From Eledone cirrhosa (Eukaryota): a stretch of DNA of 64,000 nt. Below, piece by piece: positions 25,082 through 37,428 of this stretch. The DNA lies in the NCBI GenBank assembly GCA_964016885.1, contig OZ024741.1, positions 51,212,001-51,276,000 on the forward strand, given 5' to 3'. The position numbers and the translations under genes were made by a program. Below the pieces are notes generated by a model. The model saw only the letters and a program-made list of their open reading frames with translations. It had not been told where the DNA came from and did no database searches. The stretch's first letter is position 1. Each line of letters starts with the position of its first letter.

Positions 25082-25164
<83 letters not shown>

Positions 25165-25169
25165 TGTAT

Positions 25170-25257
<88 letters not shown>

Positions 25258-25410
25258 TGTCTGCCAACTCGTTTTCGAGTACGGCCACTACTTTATATCC
25301 ATGTAGGAGAACCCCTACCACGAGTGTGACTTTTTAGTCCAGCCAGCGACTTGAAAACTCTGGTACAAACACTACACTTGTGACAATTACTGACACAGTG
25401 CTGGGCCCAT
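25045..25410 (-). mobile_element. Two 3'-end fragments of RTE-derived element A
   Basis: ATGGTGGCTGCCAACTCGTTTTCGAG-type tail at 25045 (36 bp) and 25254-25410, separated by (TA)n. Confidence 0.7.
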
Positions 25411-25623
25411 GGTACCATGTGATGACAAGTATATATATATATATATATACACACACACATATATATACATACATACTTACATACATATTTTATATATGTG
25501 TACATATACGCATACATACATATAACTGTTGATGTGCCTCCGTAAATAACTGCACGTTGATGCATATAAATAGATACTGTATCTTCTCTCTCTTACCTTG
25601 CTCTCTTTCTCCTTATCTCGATC

Positions 25624-25701
<78 letters not shown>

Positions 25702-26061
25702 TATATATATATATATACTAATGGCAGGGAGAGAGAATTTGTAAGGAAGTGAGAATGGGAAAGGGGGTAGTGTGCCAAGAAGAGGGGGTAGGGGAGAGAT
25801 AGTGGTTGGGTAGAATGGATAAAACATTGTAAATATAGCAATATATTGAAAGTTTAGAAATATTTACTTTTACACGTGCATATATATACATTCATATACT
25901 CATGCATACACATACACATATACATAACACACATGCACTGACACACATATATACACATACACATATATTCACATACACACACACATATGTGTATAGATAT
26001 AGATATATATATACTTACATATGTACATAAACATGCATACTCTCACACACACACGTATATA

Positions 26062-26118
<57 letters not shown>

Positions 26119-26183
26119 CATACATATACACGCATACATTTTCATATATACATATATACACCCACACACCCACACACGCACAC

Positions 26184-26287
<104 letters not shown>

Positions 26288-26636
26288 GTGTATGTGTACA
26301 CACACACTTTAGCATAGAGTGTGGTTAAGAAGCTCGCTCCGGAATAAATCAATAATTCCATTTAGCATTTACTTAAATTAATTACAATAGCTTTTCTTTC
26401 ATATTTTTGTTATTAAATACATTATCAAACATCTTCATTTCAGCTGTGATTAGAATGGGAGGTTTTGGCTGCTATTTCTAGCATATCTTTAATATTTACA
26501 CACACACAAAAATAAACATTCCAATAATTATACTAGTAAGTTGAAGAATTTATTTTTTCGAATTAAAATTATTATATTTTTTACTGCTATTTCTAGCGAA
26601 ACATGTAACCACAGAAAGGCTTCTCCGTTTGGCTCG

Positions 26637-26838
26637 TACGAGGGTCGGCTGAAAAGTTCATAAGTTGACCAAGATACTCACATGGAATGACCAAATGAGG
26701 TTTATTTTTCAACATAGTCCCTGAAAAGAAACAATGCAGTTATTAATAAAAAGAATGGAAATTAATGCATGCAAGATTTCACAGCTCTAGCATCACTGTT
26801 TAATAGTTAGCCTAAGAACTTTTCAGCCGACCCTGGTA
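26637..26838. mobile_element. Mariner-type MITE
   Basis: TA-CGAGGGTCGGCTGAAAAGTTC ... GAACTTTTCAGCCGACCCTGG-TA. Confidence 0.75.
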
Positions 26839-26887
26839 TTCCTTTCAGTTGAAGAATTGTCTTTTCGAATTCAAATTATTTTTTACA

Positions 26888-27335
26888 TACTCTCAGGTCT
26901 CGAATAATCACCCCCACTACCACTCACCCTCTTACTAATTTTTCAGATGTTTACCACCACCACCACTCACCCTCTTACTAATTTTTCAGATTTTTACCAC
27001 CACCACCACCACCCCGCTCTTATCCCCCCCCCCCCTCCCCGTTTATTAAATTTTGCTAATCTATCTCGGGCAAAATTTTATTTTAAGTGGTAGCATTCCT
27101 GCAACAATTAATTTTCTTTAGACATTAAAAAACATTATACATGTCAAAAAAGTACATGACTAGAAATACCATACAATATATTCTAAAATAAATAGGATGG
27201 GTTGGGAACTAAATGACTAATTCTGTTTGTTTGTTTTTTAAATCAACGGAGGCAACCAAGAAAAATTACCGATTTTCCACCTCCAAACCCCCGCTTACCC
27301 CCCCCCCCCCCCCCATTATTTGAGACCCGAGAGTA
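26888..27335. mobile_element. MITE (family of 16701-17078)
   Basis: TACTCTCAGGTCTCGAATAAT ... ATTATTTGAGACCCGAGAGTA. Confidence 0.7.
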
Positions 27336-27608
27336 AAGCTTTGGCTGCTATTTCTAGCAAGTCGAGGTAACGCTTAAAGGCTTGTAAATAAACATTGTCA
27401 CACAATCATATTAGTTAGAAAGCTGACTGAAATGTTATTGCTGAAATATATATTATTAATAAGATATGAGTAAAGAAAGTCAATTGAAGACATTAAACTG
27501 TAGTTATTTCCACTTCTATTACACACATACATACATACATACATACATACATACATACATACATACATACATACATACATACATACATACATACATACAT
27601 ACATACAT

Positions 27609-29018
27609 GTCCTAACACCAACGTTTGGAATACTCAATTGGACGATAGACGAAATACTGAACAACACCGGAAACTTCCACATCAACAGTGACATAGACCG
27701 CCTTTACTTGAAACGTAAGCAGCGAGGCAGAGGCCTAACATCAGTCCAGACAACATTTGAATGTCGCATCATATCTCTCCGACAACATCTACGAACCTCG
27801 AAGCGTAGGAGCCCGCTTCTCGAGCAAGTCTATCTGCATGAAACAGATAAGATCATGAGAGTTGGGAAGGAACTCCTTGAGAGATATTCCCTGTGTGATA
27901 ATCAAAAACTCACACCCAGGGATGTCGCTCAGCAGTATCGCAGTGAATCCATGGATGAAAAACTGCATGCCTATCAGCAAAAAATCATGCATGGATATGT
28001 TGCCAGGAAGCTCCAGAGTGAGAGTAATATAGATAAGGAAAGTTATCTATCTTGGACCAACAACCGCTATATTGGCTCCCACTTTGAAGGATACGCTTTT
28101 GCAATCCAAGAACAGGAGATTAGCACGAAATACCTGATTCACAAAAGAGATAGGAATGCAGGCAAAACACCTAGATGTGATAACAAGTGCAGACTCTGCA
28201 GAACTAACATCGAGGATATCACCCATGTCATCAGCAGCTGTCCAAAGATGTCATCGCGGTACTATCTACCTATGAGGCATGATGTAGTGGCCAAAACACT
28301 GTACAATGCAGTTCGTAAAAAAGATAGCCCCGATAATAAATACATTAAAAGCTACAACAGTGTTGAAGACATCCATGTACATAATATGAAAGAGTACTGG
28401 TGGAATGTTCCAGTAAAAACCCCAATAAAATGCAGGCATAACAGACCAGATATGATATGGGACAGGGAGAAGAAAACATGCACAGTAGTGGAAATTAGCT
28501 GCCCAGCAGATGCCAATATAATATCAAAGATTAGTGAAAGGGAGAATATTTATGCAGAACTGATGAGAAATCTGAACATACTCCACCCTGATTACACCTT
28601 CAGATTTTTGCCTGTGGTTATTGGGGCACTGTGGTATGTTAGTAACTGCCTCAATACAAATCTTGAGAAGCTAGGCTTCACAGGAACAGAAAGAACACAA
28701 CTAGTTAGGAAATTACAAGTACAATCCATTAATGGAACAGTAAAAATATGTAAAACATTCCAAAAAATGTGCATCTAATAACTGCATATACAGATGTACA
28801 GATACAGAGCATATGCACATGCACCCATACAACTCAAAACATCCACATCTACACATACAATAACATCCATACCTACATATGAATGCATGCAGACATGCAT
28901 ACATATCTACCTAGTTGATGTTGTGTAAATTCCAATGAAAGACTCTTGTAACTATGTTAGAAACCGACTCTCTCTCTATTGGGAAAAAAAAATTGTGAAA
29001 TTATAAAACCAGAAGAAC
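27609..29018 (+). mobile_element. 5'-truncated RLE-type non-LTR retrotransposon (R4/Dong-like), family R1
   Basis: ORF with CCHC knuckle and PD-(D/E)xK-type nuclease; flanked on both sides by (CATA)n. Confidence 0.85.
27708..28778 (+). CDS. Non-LTR retrotransposon C-terminal region: post-RT GRGL, CCHC zinc knuckle, restriction-like endonuclease
   Basis: RGRGL; AIQEQ; CRLC...EDITHVISSC; RHD; NRPD; VEISCP. Confidence 0.85.
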   Translation: MKRKQRGRGLTSVQTTFECRIISLRQHLRTSKRRSPLLEQVYLHETDKIMRVGKELLERYSLCDNQKLTPRDVAQQYRSESMDEKLHAYQQKIMHGYVARKLQSESNIDKESYLSWTNNRYIGSHFEGYAFAIQEQEISTKYLIHKRDRNAGKTPRCDNKCRLCRTNIEDITHVISSCPKMSSRYYLPMRHDVVAKTLYNAVRKKDSPDNKYIKSYNSVEDIHVHNMKEYWWNVPVKTPIKCRHNRPDMIWDREKKTCTVVEISCPADANIISKISERENIYAELMRNLNILHPDYTFRFLPVVIGALWYVSNCLNTNLEKLGFTGTERTQLVRKLQVQSINGTVKICKTFQKMCI

Positions 29019-29139
29019 ATACATACATAATATGTTGGTTGCAAACTCAGCTAAGAATATTGCAATCCCTTGTCAGATTACAGAAAATGGTGCACTTTTA
29101 GGTTACGGACAGCCACACGAACCTGAAACAGATCCTGAA

Positions 29140-29563
29140 CAAGCAATGCCTGTGCTTTGAAGGTTTTTTTAAGTGGGGAAGGCCTTGCACTCGACCAATC
29201 CCACTCTCTGAGCATCGAAAACACTACCCGGAAAAGAGAACTGGTCAACATCATCGGATACTTCCGAAGCTGCAGAGTTTTTTTTTCAGAGTTTCCCTCT
29301 CCTAGAAAGGTGTTGTGACAACTGGGGGCTTTTCACTCCCATATGAAAAAAAAAACCCAAAAATACTATTTGGATGGCCGTTGACTCTGCTGAGTTCCTC
29401 CGCCCTTTGCCAGGTCTTGTATTTCATCCCGCAGGATGTCCAAATATCACCCTAATCACCAAGCAAGCTTGGTTGAGGTTGCCAGTCTAGTCGCCGACGT
29501 ACCGACCATGAGACAGATTGTACTAGGTTACATGTTACCAGTAACACTCGAGAGCAACCTGAC
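29140..29563 (-). mobile_element. RTE-derived element, diverged subfamily C (5' part)
   Basis: Reverse complement starts GTCAGGTTGCTCTCGAGTGTTACTGGTAACATG; homologous to A and B. Confidence 0.65.
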
Positions 29564-29607
29564 ATACATACATTCATACATACATCCGTATATACATACA
29601 TACATGC

Positions 29608-29638
<31 letters not shown>

Positions 29639-29664
29639 CATACATACATACATACATACATGAT

Positions 29665-30241
29665 GATGATGGCTGCCCCCCTCGTTATCGAGTATGGCTA
29701 TTGCATGATAAACCATTATTAATAATTATTAATTAATTAGTAATGTACTGGGTAATTGCTGGCCTTGTGCCAAAAGTAGAAACAATTAATTAATTCTATC
29801 GTGCAATGCCTGTACGTGAAGATATTTTTTAAAGTGAGGAAAGACTGTGCACTGAGCCAATCCCACTCCCTGAGCGACAGTAGCTATAACCTGAAAAGAA
29901 GAAAAGATCAACATCATCGGTAACTACTGAGCCGCAGGTTTTATATCGAAGTTATCTCAGTTTCCTGAGATGCCTTCTCCTAGAAGAATGCCCTGACAAA
30001 GGCTAGCGGTCCTTCACTGCCAGTGGTTTAACCGCGCGGTACATGTGTATATACATATTTACACACTTTTGGATGGCCGTTGACTCTTGAGTGCTACTGG
30101 TAACATGTAACCCAGTACAACCTGTCGCATGGTCGGGTCGTCGGCGACTAAACCGGCAACCCCACTGAGTTTACTTGGTGAGGAGTGTGATTTTGGACAC
30201 CCTGCAGGACAAAAAACAAAACCTGACAAAGGGCGGAAGAA
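29665..30241 (-). mobile_element. Subfamily B element with inverted 5' part and a SINE fragment inserted at ~29740-29790
   Basis: Minus orientation to ~30088, then plus-orientation 5' segment 30082-30241. Confidence 0.7.
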
Positions 30242-30267
30242 CATACATACATACATACATACATACA

Positions 30268-30301
<34 letters not shown>

Positions 30302-30338
30302 CATACATACATACATACATACATACATACATACATAC

Positions 30339-30878
30339 ATGGTGGCTGCCAACTCGTTTTCGAGTACGGCCACTACTTTATATCCATGTAGGAGAACCCC
30401 TACCGATGCGCTGAATGTGTGTGACTTTTTAGTCCAGCCAGCGACTTGAAAACTCTGATACATACATACATACATACATACATACATACATACATACATA
30501 CATACATACATACATACATACATACATACATGATGGCTGCCCCCTCGTTATCGAGTATGGCCATTGCACGATATACCATTATTAATAAATATTAATTAAT
30601 TCTATCGTGCAATGCCTGTGCGTGAAGATTTTTTTAGAGTGAGGAAAGACTGTGCACTGAGCCAATCCCACTCTCTGAGCGACAGTAGCTATAACCCGAA
30701 AAGAAGAAAAGATCAACATCATCGGTAACTACTGAGCCGCAGGTTTTATATCGGAGTTATCCCAGTTTCCTGAGTTGCCTTCTCCTAGAAGAATGCCCTG
30801 ACAAAGGCTAGGGTCCTTCACTCCCAGTGGTTTAACGTCGCGATCGGGTGTCCAGTCCGACTTTTTCTATGTCTTTTC
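30339..30878 (-). mobile_element. 3' fragments of RTE-derived elements A (30339-30458) and B (30530-30878)
   Basis: Shared tails; separated by (CATA)n. Confidence 0.7.
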
Positions 30879-30879
30879 T

Positions 30880-32295
30880 ACGCCTGAGCGCGTGTTTGCG
30901 CATCGTCAGCCACGGCATCCCCAGCCCTCCGTTTGAGGGGTGTTGGCAGCAGATGATCTTCTCACCAAAGAAGCCCGCTTCTTCCAAAGGAATTGGAAGA
31001 GCGAGCGCTCCATTTTGGTGAGCGTTCTGGCTGGACAAGGCACGACGGTCAAGCGGTAGTAGATGACGGACGCTATAAAAGTGTTCGCCACCTCCGCTCG
31101 ACCTTTCAAGGCACTCGGCCCACTTCTGGGTGAGCGCAAACACCTTGGCCGTCACCTCGTTCCAGTTCTTCTCCACCTTGAGGTCCAGACCAAACCAGGC
31201 CCCGAGCAGCTTTACGGGTCCTTCCGTCCAGCATCCGACGACGCCATCGGAAGGCATCGGTTTGCCTCTCCACTTTCCGAGTTGCAAACCGACGGATTTG
31301 TCCCGGTTCAGCTTCGCTCCTGTGAACCTTTCGTATTCCTCCAGTAAGGTGCCGACCTCCCCGATTTGCGAGGTGCTCGACACCATAACTGTCACGTCAT
31401 CGGCGTAGTCCGACGCCGCTTTTCGCAGTCCCGGTTCCAAGGGATGCCCTGCAATAGCTCCAACTTCCGCAGTAGTAGCTCGAGAGTCAGTACGAACAGA
31501 AGGGAGGAGAGAAGGCATCCCTGTCGGATGGATCGCGTAATATGGAACGGCTCCGAGAGTTAGCCGTTCACCTTGACCCTTGAGCAGACGTTGCTGCTGT
31601 GCATTGCAGCAATTCAGCCCCTGAACACGGGTCCGAAGCCTGCCGCCTCGAGCACCGCATCCAAATTGATCAGGGCTCCACCGAAGCCGGGTTTACACCC
31701 TACCCTCTCTATGATGTATCGCATGAGGTGGAGGTTGTCGTGTATGGATCTGGTCGGGATTGCGCATGTCTGCGCTTCTCCCACCAGGTTTTCGACGACA
31801 AGCGCCAGCCTCTTTGCCAACACCTTGGCCAAAATATGTAACTCTGTGTTTAGCAGAGTTATGGGCCGGAAGTTGCCTATGTCATCCCCCTTATTCTCGT
31901 CCTTCCTGACTAGTGTGACTACGCCCTTGGTCATAGAACTGGGAATTCTCCCGTTCTGCTGCCAGTTGCAGTAGACCGCTTCCAAGAGACCGGAGAACAA
32001 GTCCGGCATTGCTACGTAAAATTCGTAGGGTAGACCGTCGAGACCTGGAGATTTGCGTTTGCTGCATTGGCTCAGCGCGTCCCCTATCTCAGCGGCCGAA
32101 ATCGGCCTTTCGCAGAACTTCGCCTCGCTGTCCGAGAGTCGCGGTAGGCCGTCGAGGTATGGACCGAAATCCATAGCCCCTCCCGGCGCGCCGCCCTCGC
32201 CGAACAGTTGAGCAAAGTGCCGCTGAAAGGCCGCGCACATCTGCTTCGTCTCATGTATCCCGCGTCCGTCTTGGTCCTTCAAAGACCGAATCGTG
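30880..32295 (-). mobile_element. Tx1-clade LINE fragment, family T-B (degraded RT)
   Basis: KSPGLDGLP, FRPITLLN, DYADD; deletions and frameshifts; 5' end abuts (GATA)n. Confidence 0.85.
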
Positions 32296-32309
32296 AGATA
32301 GATAGATAA

Positions 32310-32356
<47 letters not shown>

Positions 32357-32604
32357 TGTTTCTTTATTAGCCACAGGGGCACAAAAGAAGGGGACAAATA
32401 CAAAGGGGGAAGTTTACATACAATAAAAACGTGTAAAATGTTATCACAGATGGAATTTAAAAGTTAGTCGATTTTCCCCAATAGAAGGAGACAGTTTATA
32501 TGGGTAACACATACCCCCGAAAAAAATGTGCAACCCTCATCTCCAGGAGTACGAAGAGCTTGTACTCCTTTCCTCTCCTCCTCCTTTTCCTCAATCTACA
32601 GGCT

Positions 32605-32605
<1 letters not shown>
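32357..32605 (-). mobile_element. Tx1 family T-B 3' end only
   Basis: Matches 52645-52892; (GATA)n on both sides. Confidence 0.8.
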
Positions 32606-32643
<38 letters not shown>

Positions 32644-32877
32644 TTCTTTATTAGCCACAAGGGCGCAACAAGAAAGGGGACAATACAAAGACATGCCGGG
32701 GATTTTACATACAGTCGTGTAAAAAAATATAAAAACAAACAATTTCAACAATCGAAATCCCCAATAGGGGGGAGGCGCCACAAATGGGTTGTTTAATACC
32801 CCGTCGATAGAACAACCCTCAACTCAAGGAGCGTGTTGTGCAAGTGCTCCTTTCTTCCTTTTGCTCTCTTCCTCAAC

Positions 32878-35139
32878 CTACAGGCTTATAAACAGAGAAG
32901 GCCCAATCACTCGGGCCATTTTCGCTTCATTCACCCACCTTTCAGTAAATTTACTGGGGTGCAGTACCTCTCTCTCCACCCTGATTCTCCTTCTAAAGTG
33001 ATACTTAAAGAATGGAATCAATTGTTGTCCGGAGAGAAAGGCATCTGTCCTCAGTCCTCTCAACCTCGTCCACCATATAACTTCTTTCACCATAGCCACC
33101 GTACAGAGGAAAACCGCCTCTCTTTCGTTTTTGAAAGAGTCTGGCGGTTTGATCCTTACTATGGACTCGGCAGTCAACTGTATTTGTCCCATACGCGACA
33201 GCAGTTGTTCTGCATAGTTCCACAGGTCGCTTACGCCCGGGCAGTGTACAATTGCGTGCAGAACTGTTTCAATGTCCTGCGCACATCTTGGACACGTCCT
33301 CTTGGAAGGATCCCTGCCAGGGCGTCCGTGCCTGTAGATCTTGTCACGAACCGGTAGAGCTCCTCGGTAGCACTGCCAGGCCAGGGACCTCTGGAAGTTG
33401 TCCATAGGTCCCGGGCGGAAAGTCCTACCAAACATACTGGTGAGCTCATCGTCTTCGACGCCCAGAGTCTCTCCGAGCACGTCGTCGCCCTTGTAACGTA
33501 CAATCCCTCTATAGAATGTCGAAGTGGAGTCTCCACTGATTGCTGCGCCCGCTTGCCAGAGGACTGTGAGCGCCTGAGCGCATTCAATGTGCCAGGCGCC
33601 CATCGTTTTCGGTCTTTTCTTCACCCAGGACTGCAGCTCCGTTAGCGAGACGAGCTGTGGGAAAGGCTGTCTCACAAACGGTGCCCACACCGGTTGGGGG
33701 TCGGTGAGGAATACCTGGAGATGCCGCAGCCTCAGCGCATGTTTGCGCATCATCAGCCACGGCATTCCCAGCCCTCCGTTGGAAGGGTGCTGACAGCAGA
33801 CGGATCTCCTCACCAGCGGAGCCTGCTTCTTCCACAGAAACTGGAAGAGCATGCGTTCCATCTTGGCGAGGTGTTCACGGGGACAAGGCACGACAGTCAA
33901 GCGGTAGTAGATGACGGACGCTATGAAAGTGTTCGCCACCTCCGCTCGACCTTTCAAGGACAGTTTGCACTCTGCCCACTTCTGAGTGAGTGCAAACACC
34001 TTGGCCGTGACCTCGTTCCAATTTTTCTCCACCTGGAGGTCTGGACCGAACCAGACCCCGAGCAATTTCACCGGTCCGTCCGTCCAGCGTCCAACGACGC
34101 TGTCGGATGTCATCGGTTTGCCTCTCCACGTACCGAGTTGCAAACCGACAGACTTGTCTGGGTTTAGTTTTGCTCCCGTCAGCGTTTCGTATTCTTTCAG
34201 TATGTTGCCGATCACCCCGATTTCCGAGGTGCTCGACACCATTACTGTCACGTCGTCGGCATAAGCCGACGCCGCTTTGCGCAGTCCCGGTTCTAGGGGG
34301 ATGCCCTGCAACAGCTCCAATTTCCGCAGTAGTGGCTCTAGAGTCAATACATACAGAATGGAGGAGAGAGGGTATCCCTGTCGAATGGAACGCGTGATTG
34401 CGAACGGCTCCGATAGGTAGCCGTTCACCTTGACCCTCGAGCAGATGCTGGTGTGCATCGCCTCGATCCATCCTCTGAACACGGGACCGAAACCGGCCGC
34501 CTTGAGAACCGCTTCCAAGTATCGATGGTCGACCCTATCGAATGCCTTAGACTGATCCAAGTTGATCAGAGCCCCACCGAAGCCGGGTTTACTACCCACC
34601 CTCTCTATGATGTATCGCATGAGGTGGAGGTTGTCGTGTATGGACCTGGTCGGGATTGCACACGTTTGCGCTTTCCCTACCAGGTTCTCGACGACAAGTG
34701 CCAACCTCGTCGCTAGCACCTTGGCCAAAATCTTTAACTCTGTGTTGAGCAGAGTTATGGACCTGAAGTTGTTAATTTCGTCCCCCTTGTTCTCGTCTTT
34801 CCTGATCAGCGTTACTACGCCCTTGCCTGCAGAACTGGGAATTCTCCCGTTCTGCTGCCAATTGCAGTAGACGGCTTCGAGGACGCCAGAGAACAAGTCC
34901 GGCATGCCTATGTAAAATTCGTAGGGTAGACCATCTAGACCGGGTGACTTGCGTTTCCCGCAGCGGCCCAGAGCGTCCCGTATCTCAGTGTCCGTGATCG
35001 GTCTTTCGCAGAACTCGGCGTCCGTGTTCGAGAGACGCGGCAGGCCGTCGAGGTATGAACTAAAGTCCATTGCCCCGTTCGGCTCACCGTCGTTCTGCTC
35101 AAACAGTCGCGCAAAGTGCCGCTGAAAGGCCGCGCACAT
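32878..35139 (-). CDS. Tx1/L1 ORF2 reverse transcriptase + C-terminal CCHC knuckle
   Basis: KSPGLDGLP, LDQSKAFDRV, IRQG.PLS, AYADD, GGLGMP, CPRC...ETVLHAIVHC. Confidence 0.92.
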   Translation of the reverse strand: MCAAFQRHFARLFEQNDGEPNGAMDFSSYLDGLPRLSNTDAEFCERPITDTEIRDALGRCGKRKSPGLDGLPYEFYIGMPDLFSGVLEAVYCNWQQNGRIPSSAGKGVVTLIRKDENKGDEINNFRSITLLNTELKILAKVLATRLALVVENLVGKAQTCAIPTRSIHDNLHLMRYIIERVGSKPGFGGALINLDQSKAFDRVDHRYLEAVLKAAGFGPVFRGWIEAMHTSICSRVKVNGYLSEPFAITRSIRQGYPLSSILYVLTLEPLLRKLELLQGIPLEPGLRKAASAYADDVTVMVSSTSEIGVIGNILKEYETLTGAKLNPDKSVGLQLGTWRGKPMTSDSVVGRWTDGPVKLLGVWFGPDLQVEKNWNEVTAKVFALTQKWAECKLSLKGRAEVANTFIASVIYYRLTVVPCPREHLAKMERMLFQFLWKKQAPLVRRSVCCQHPSNGGLGMPWLMMRKHALRLRHLQVFLTDPQPVWAPFVRQPFPQLVSLTELQSWVKKRPKTMGAWHIECAQALTVLWQAGAAISGDSTSTFYRGIVRYKGDDVLGETLGVEDDELTSMFGRTFRPGPMDNFQRSLAWQCYRGALPVRDKIYRHGRPGRDPSKRTCPRCAQDIETVLHAIVHCPGVSDLWNYAEQLLSRMGQIQLTAESIVRIKPPDSFKNEREAVFLCTVAMVKEVIWWTRLRGLRTDAFLSGQQLIPFFKYHFRRRIRVEREVLHPSKFTERWVNEAKMARVIGPSLFISL

Positions 35140-36319
35140 TTGCTTGGGGTAGCACGCGTCCGTTTTGGTCTTTCAAAGACCGAATCGTGGACTTGTTGCC
35201 ACTTTTTGCCTCCGCCACTCGGGCCCAGCTGACAGCTTTCGCTCCTTCGTTTCCTAGAGCACGTGTTTTGCTTCTGACCACGCAGCCTTCGTGTTTCGCA
35301 TCGAAGAACTGGTCCAGTGCCGTTCTCGACGCTAACACTCTAGCCGCGTTGCCACTTCTAAGTGCCTCCTCTACCTTGGCTACTAGTTCTCTTTCTATTC
35401 TGTTTTTCTCTAAGGCTAACTCTCTGCTATACCCTATCGATTCTATTCTAATTGCTTTCTTGAGAGAGTACCACCATCTATTGTTGACGATGGCTCCCGT
35501 TAACTGTTGCTTGACTAGTTTACTTATCCGTTCACTGTAAGCTTTACGTGCCGGCAACGACACGTTCAGCTTCCAGTATCCGGGACCCTGTCTATGTATT
35601 CTATCACGGTTGACTAAGCAGACGACTAACTTGTGATCTGAATAGGCAACCATGTGCATTCGTGGACAGCTTAACATATCCTTGTCCCTTTCTCTAATGA
35701 AGAACCTATCTAAATACGATCTAGATGTCCCACTGCGGTTTACCCACGTCCACTGTGGTGCAGTCGGGAAATCCAGTCGATACCTATCGGCCAGTTGGAA
35801 TTGGCCGATTAAAGTTTTGAGGCTGTTGCACCCCGCTCTACTGGGACATGCTCCCACATAGTCCCATCGTGCATCTAGGATACCATTCCAGTCCCCCACT
35901 AAAAGTAAGGAGCGAGACGTTCCCAGAAAAGACTCTAGACGCTTAAAGAAGTCTGGCCGTGATTGCGATTGCCCGGTCGGGGCATAAACGGCCACCAGTC
36001 TGAAGGCTCCACCTCCGATACTGTTCACGTCTAGGACTACCAGTCTACCCTCCGGGTCCAAGTGTACTTGCTGTACTCCGACGTCCAGGTTCTTCCGAAA
36101 CATAACAGCCACTCCACCTCCACCTCCTGGCTGACAGAGAGATGCGTAGATCTCAAAGTCGTCGAAGATGGGGGTTAGTTGCTGCCTGTTGTGGATTCTG
36201 GACTCGGTGATGGCTATCACATCCATACTGTGTGACCTAAGGTCGTTTAAAAGTTGGCCCTGTTTCCAGGGCATCCCTAGGCCACGCACATTCACTGTTC
36301 CAACTCGTAAACCAGCCAT
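35099..36319 (-). CDS. Tx1/L1 ORF2 N-terminal apurinic-like endonuclease (frameshifted from RT near 35145)
   Basis: GTVNVRGL, ITES, AVYAP, VGDWN, YLDRFF, SDH, GYWKLN. Confidence 0.9.
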   Translation of the reverse strand: MAGLRVGTVNVRGLGMPWKQGQLLNDLRSHSMDVIAITESRIHNRQQLTPIFDDFEIYASLCQPGGGGGVAVMFRKNLDVGVQQVHLDPEGRLVVLDVNSIGGGAFRLVAVYAPTGQSQSRPDFFKRLESFLGTSRSLLLVGDWNGILDARWDYVGACPSRAGCNSLKTLIGQFQLADRYRLDFPTAPQWTWVNRSGTSRSYLDRFFIRERDKDMLSCPRMHMVAYSDHKLVVCLVNRDRIHRQGPGYWKLNVSLPARKAYSERISKLVKQQLTGAIVNNRWWYSLKKAIRIESIGYSRELALEKNRIERELVAKVEEALRSGNAARVLASRTALDQFFDAKHEGCVVRSKTRALGNEGAKAVSWARVAEAKSGNKSTIRSLKDQNGRVLPQANVRGLSAALCATV

Positions 36320-36360
36320 GTTGGTGAAGAAAAGTTGGAGAAAAAGGACGAAAGGTGCAC

Positions 36361-36852
36361 TTACCTTTTCGTTTCCTGGAGATCGGGTTGTTCAATCTCC
36401 ATTTGGGTGCTGGATGGGGTGTTGGGTGGGGTGGGGAAACCTTTCAACAGGACGCGGTTGATGGGTTTGTGGCAGGGGTTGCCCACGTCCTGTGAAAATT
36501 TAATTTTCAGGTCTTTATAGGTTTCCATAGAAACCCTTATAAGTTTAAGGTGTGGAGACGATTCTGCCTTGACGAAAGTTTTGCCCTCCGTCTCCACCTT
36601 GGGGTTTTGGGAGATGACCTCCATCAAACTCTTGTTGTTTGTGTTGATGTATGCGTATTGTTGTTTGTGTTTTTGTTGTATTGTTTTAGTTTGTTGTTCA
36701 TCTGGGAGTTTTCTTTTTATGGTGGGTGCTTGTGTTTGGGGTGGTGTTGGTGCTGGTTTTGCTGATAGGGGGGTGTTTGACTGTGGTGTTGTTTGTGTTG
36801 TTGTTTGTGTCTGTGGTTGTGTGTTGGTGTTGGTGATTGGAGTTTTGGGGGT
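36361..36852 (-). pseudogene. Putative Tx1 ORF1 C-terminal part (Thr/Gln/Pro-rich)
   Basis: Open frame ending 41 bp before the ORF2 ATG; interrupted upstream by a T-B fragment. Confidence 0.55.
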
Positions 36853-37358
36853 TTTCGACGACAAGCGCCAGCCTCTTTGCCAACACCTTGGCCAAAATAT
36901 GTAACTCTGTGTTGAGCAGAGTTATGGGCCGGAAGTTGCCTATGTCATCCCCCTTATTCTCGTCCTTCCTGACTAGTGTGACTACGCCCTTGGTCACAGA
37001 ACTGGGAATTCTCCCGTTCTGCTGCCAGTTGCAGTAGACCGCTTCCAAGAGACCGGAGAACAAGTCCGGCATTGCTACGTAAAATTCGTAGGGTAGACCG
37101 TCGAGACCTGGAGATTTGCGTTTGCTGCATTGGCTCAGCGCGTCCCCTATCTCAGCGGCCGAAATCGGCCTTTCGCAGAACTTCGCCTCGCTGTCCGAGA
37201 GTCGCGGTAGGCCGTCGAGGTATGGACCGAAATCCATAGCCCCTCCCGGCGCGCCGCCCTCGCCGAACAGTTGAGCAAAGTGCCGCTGAAAGGCCGCGCA
37301 CATCTGCTTCGGCTCATGTATCCCGCGTCCGTCTTGGTCCTTCAAAGACCGAATCGTG
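36853..37358 (-). mobile_element. Tx1 T-B fragment, near-identical to 31790-32295
   Basis: Same 5' junction CACGATTCGGTCTTT next to (GATA)n. Confidence 0.85.

Positions 37359-37428
<70 letters not shown>

Larger units (their letters stand above)
32643..36852 (-). mobile_element. Tx1-clade LINE family T-A, nearly complete ORF2 plus end of ORF1
   Basis: APE ORF + RT ORF + 3'UTR ending GGCTAATAAAGAAA-(TCTA)n. Confidence 0.9.
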
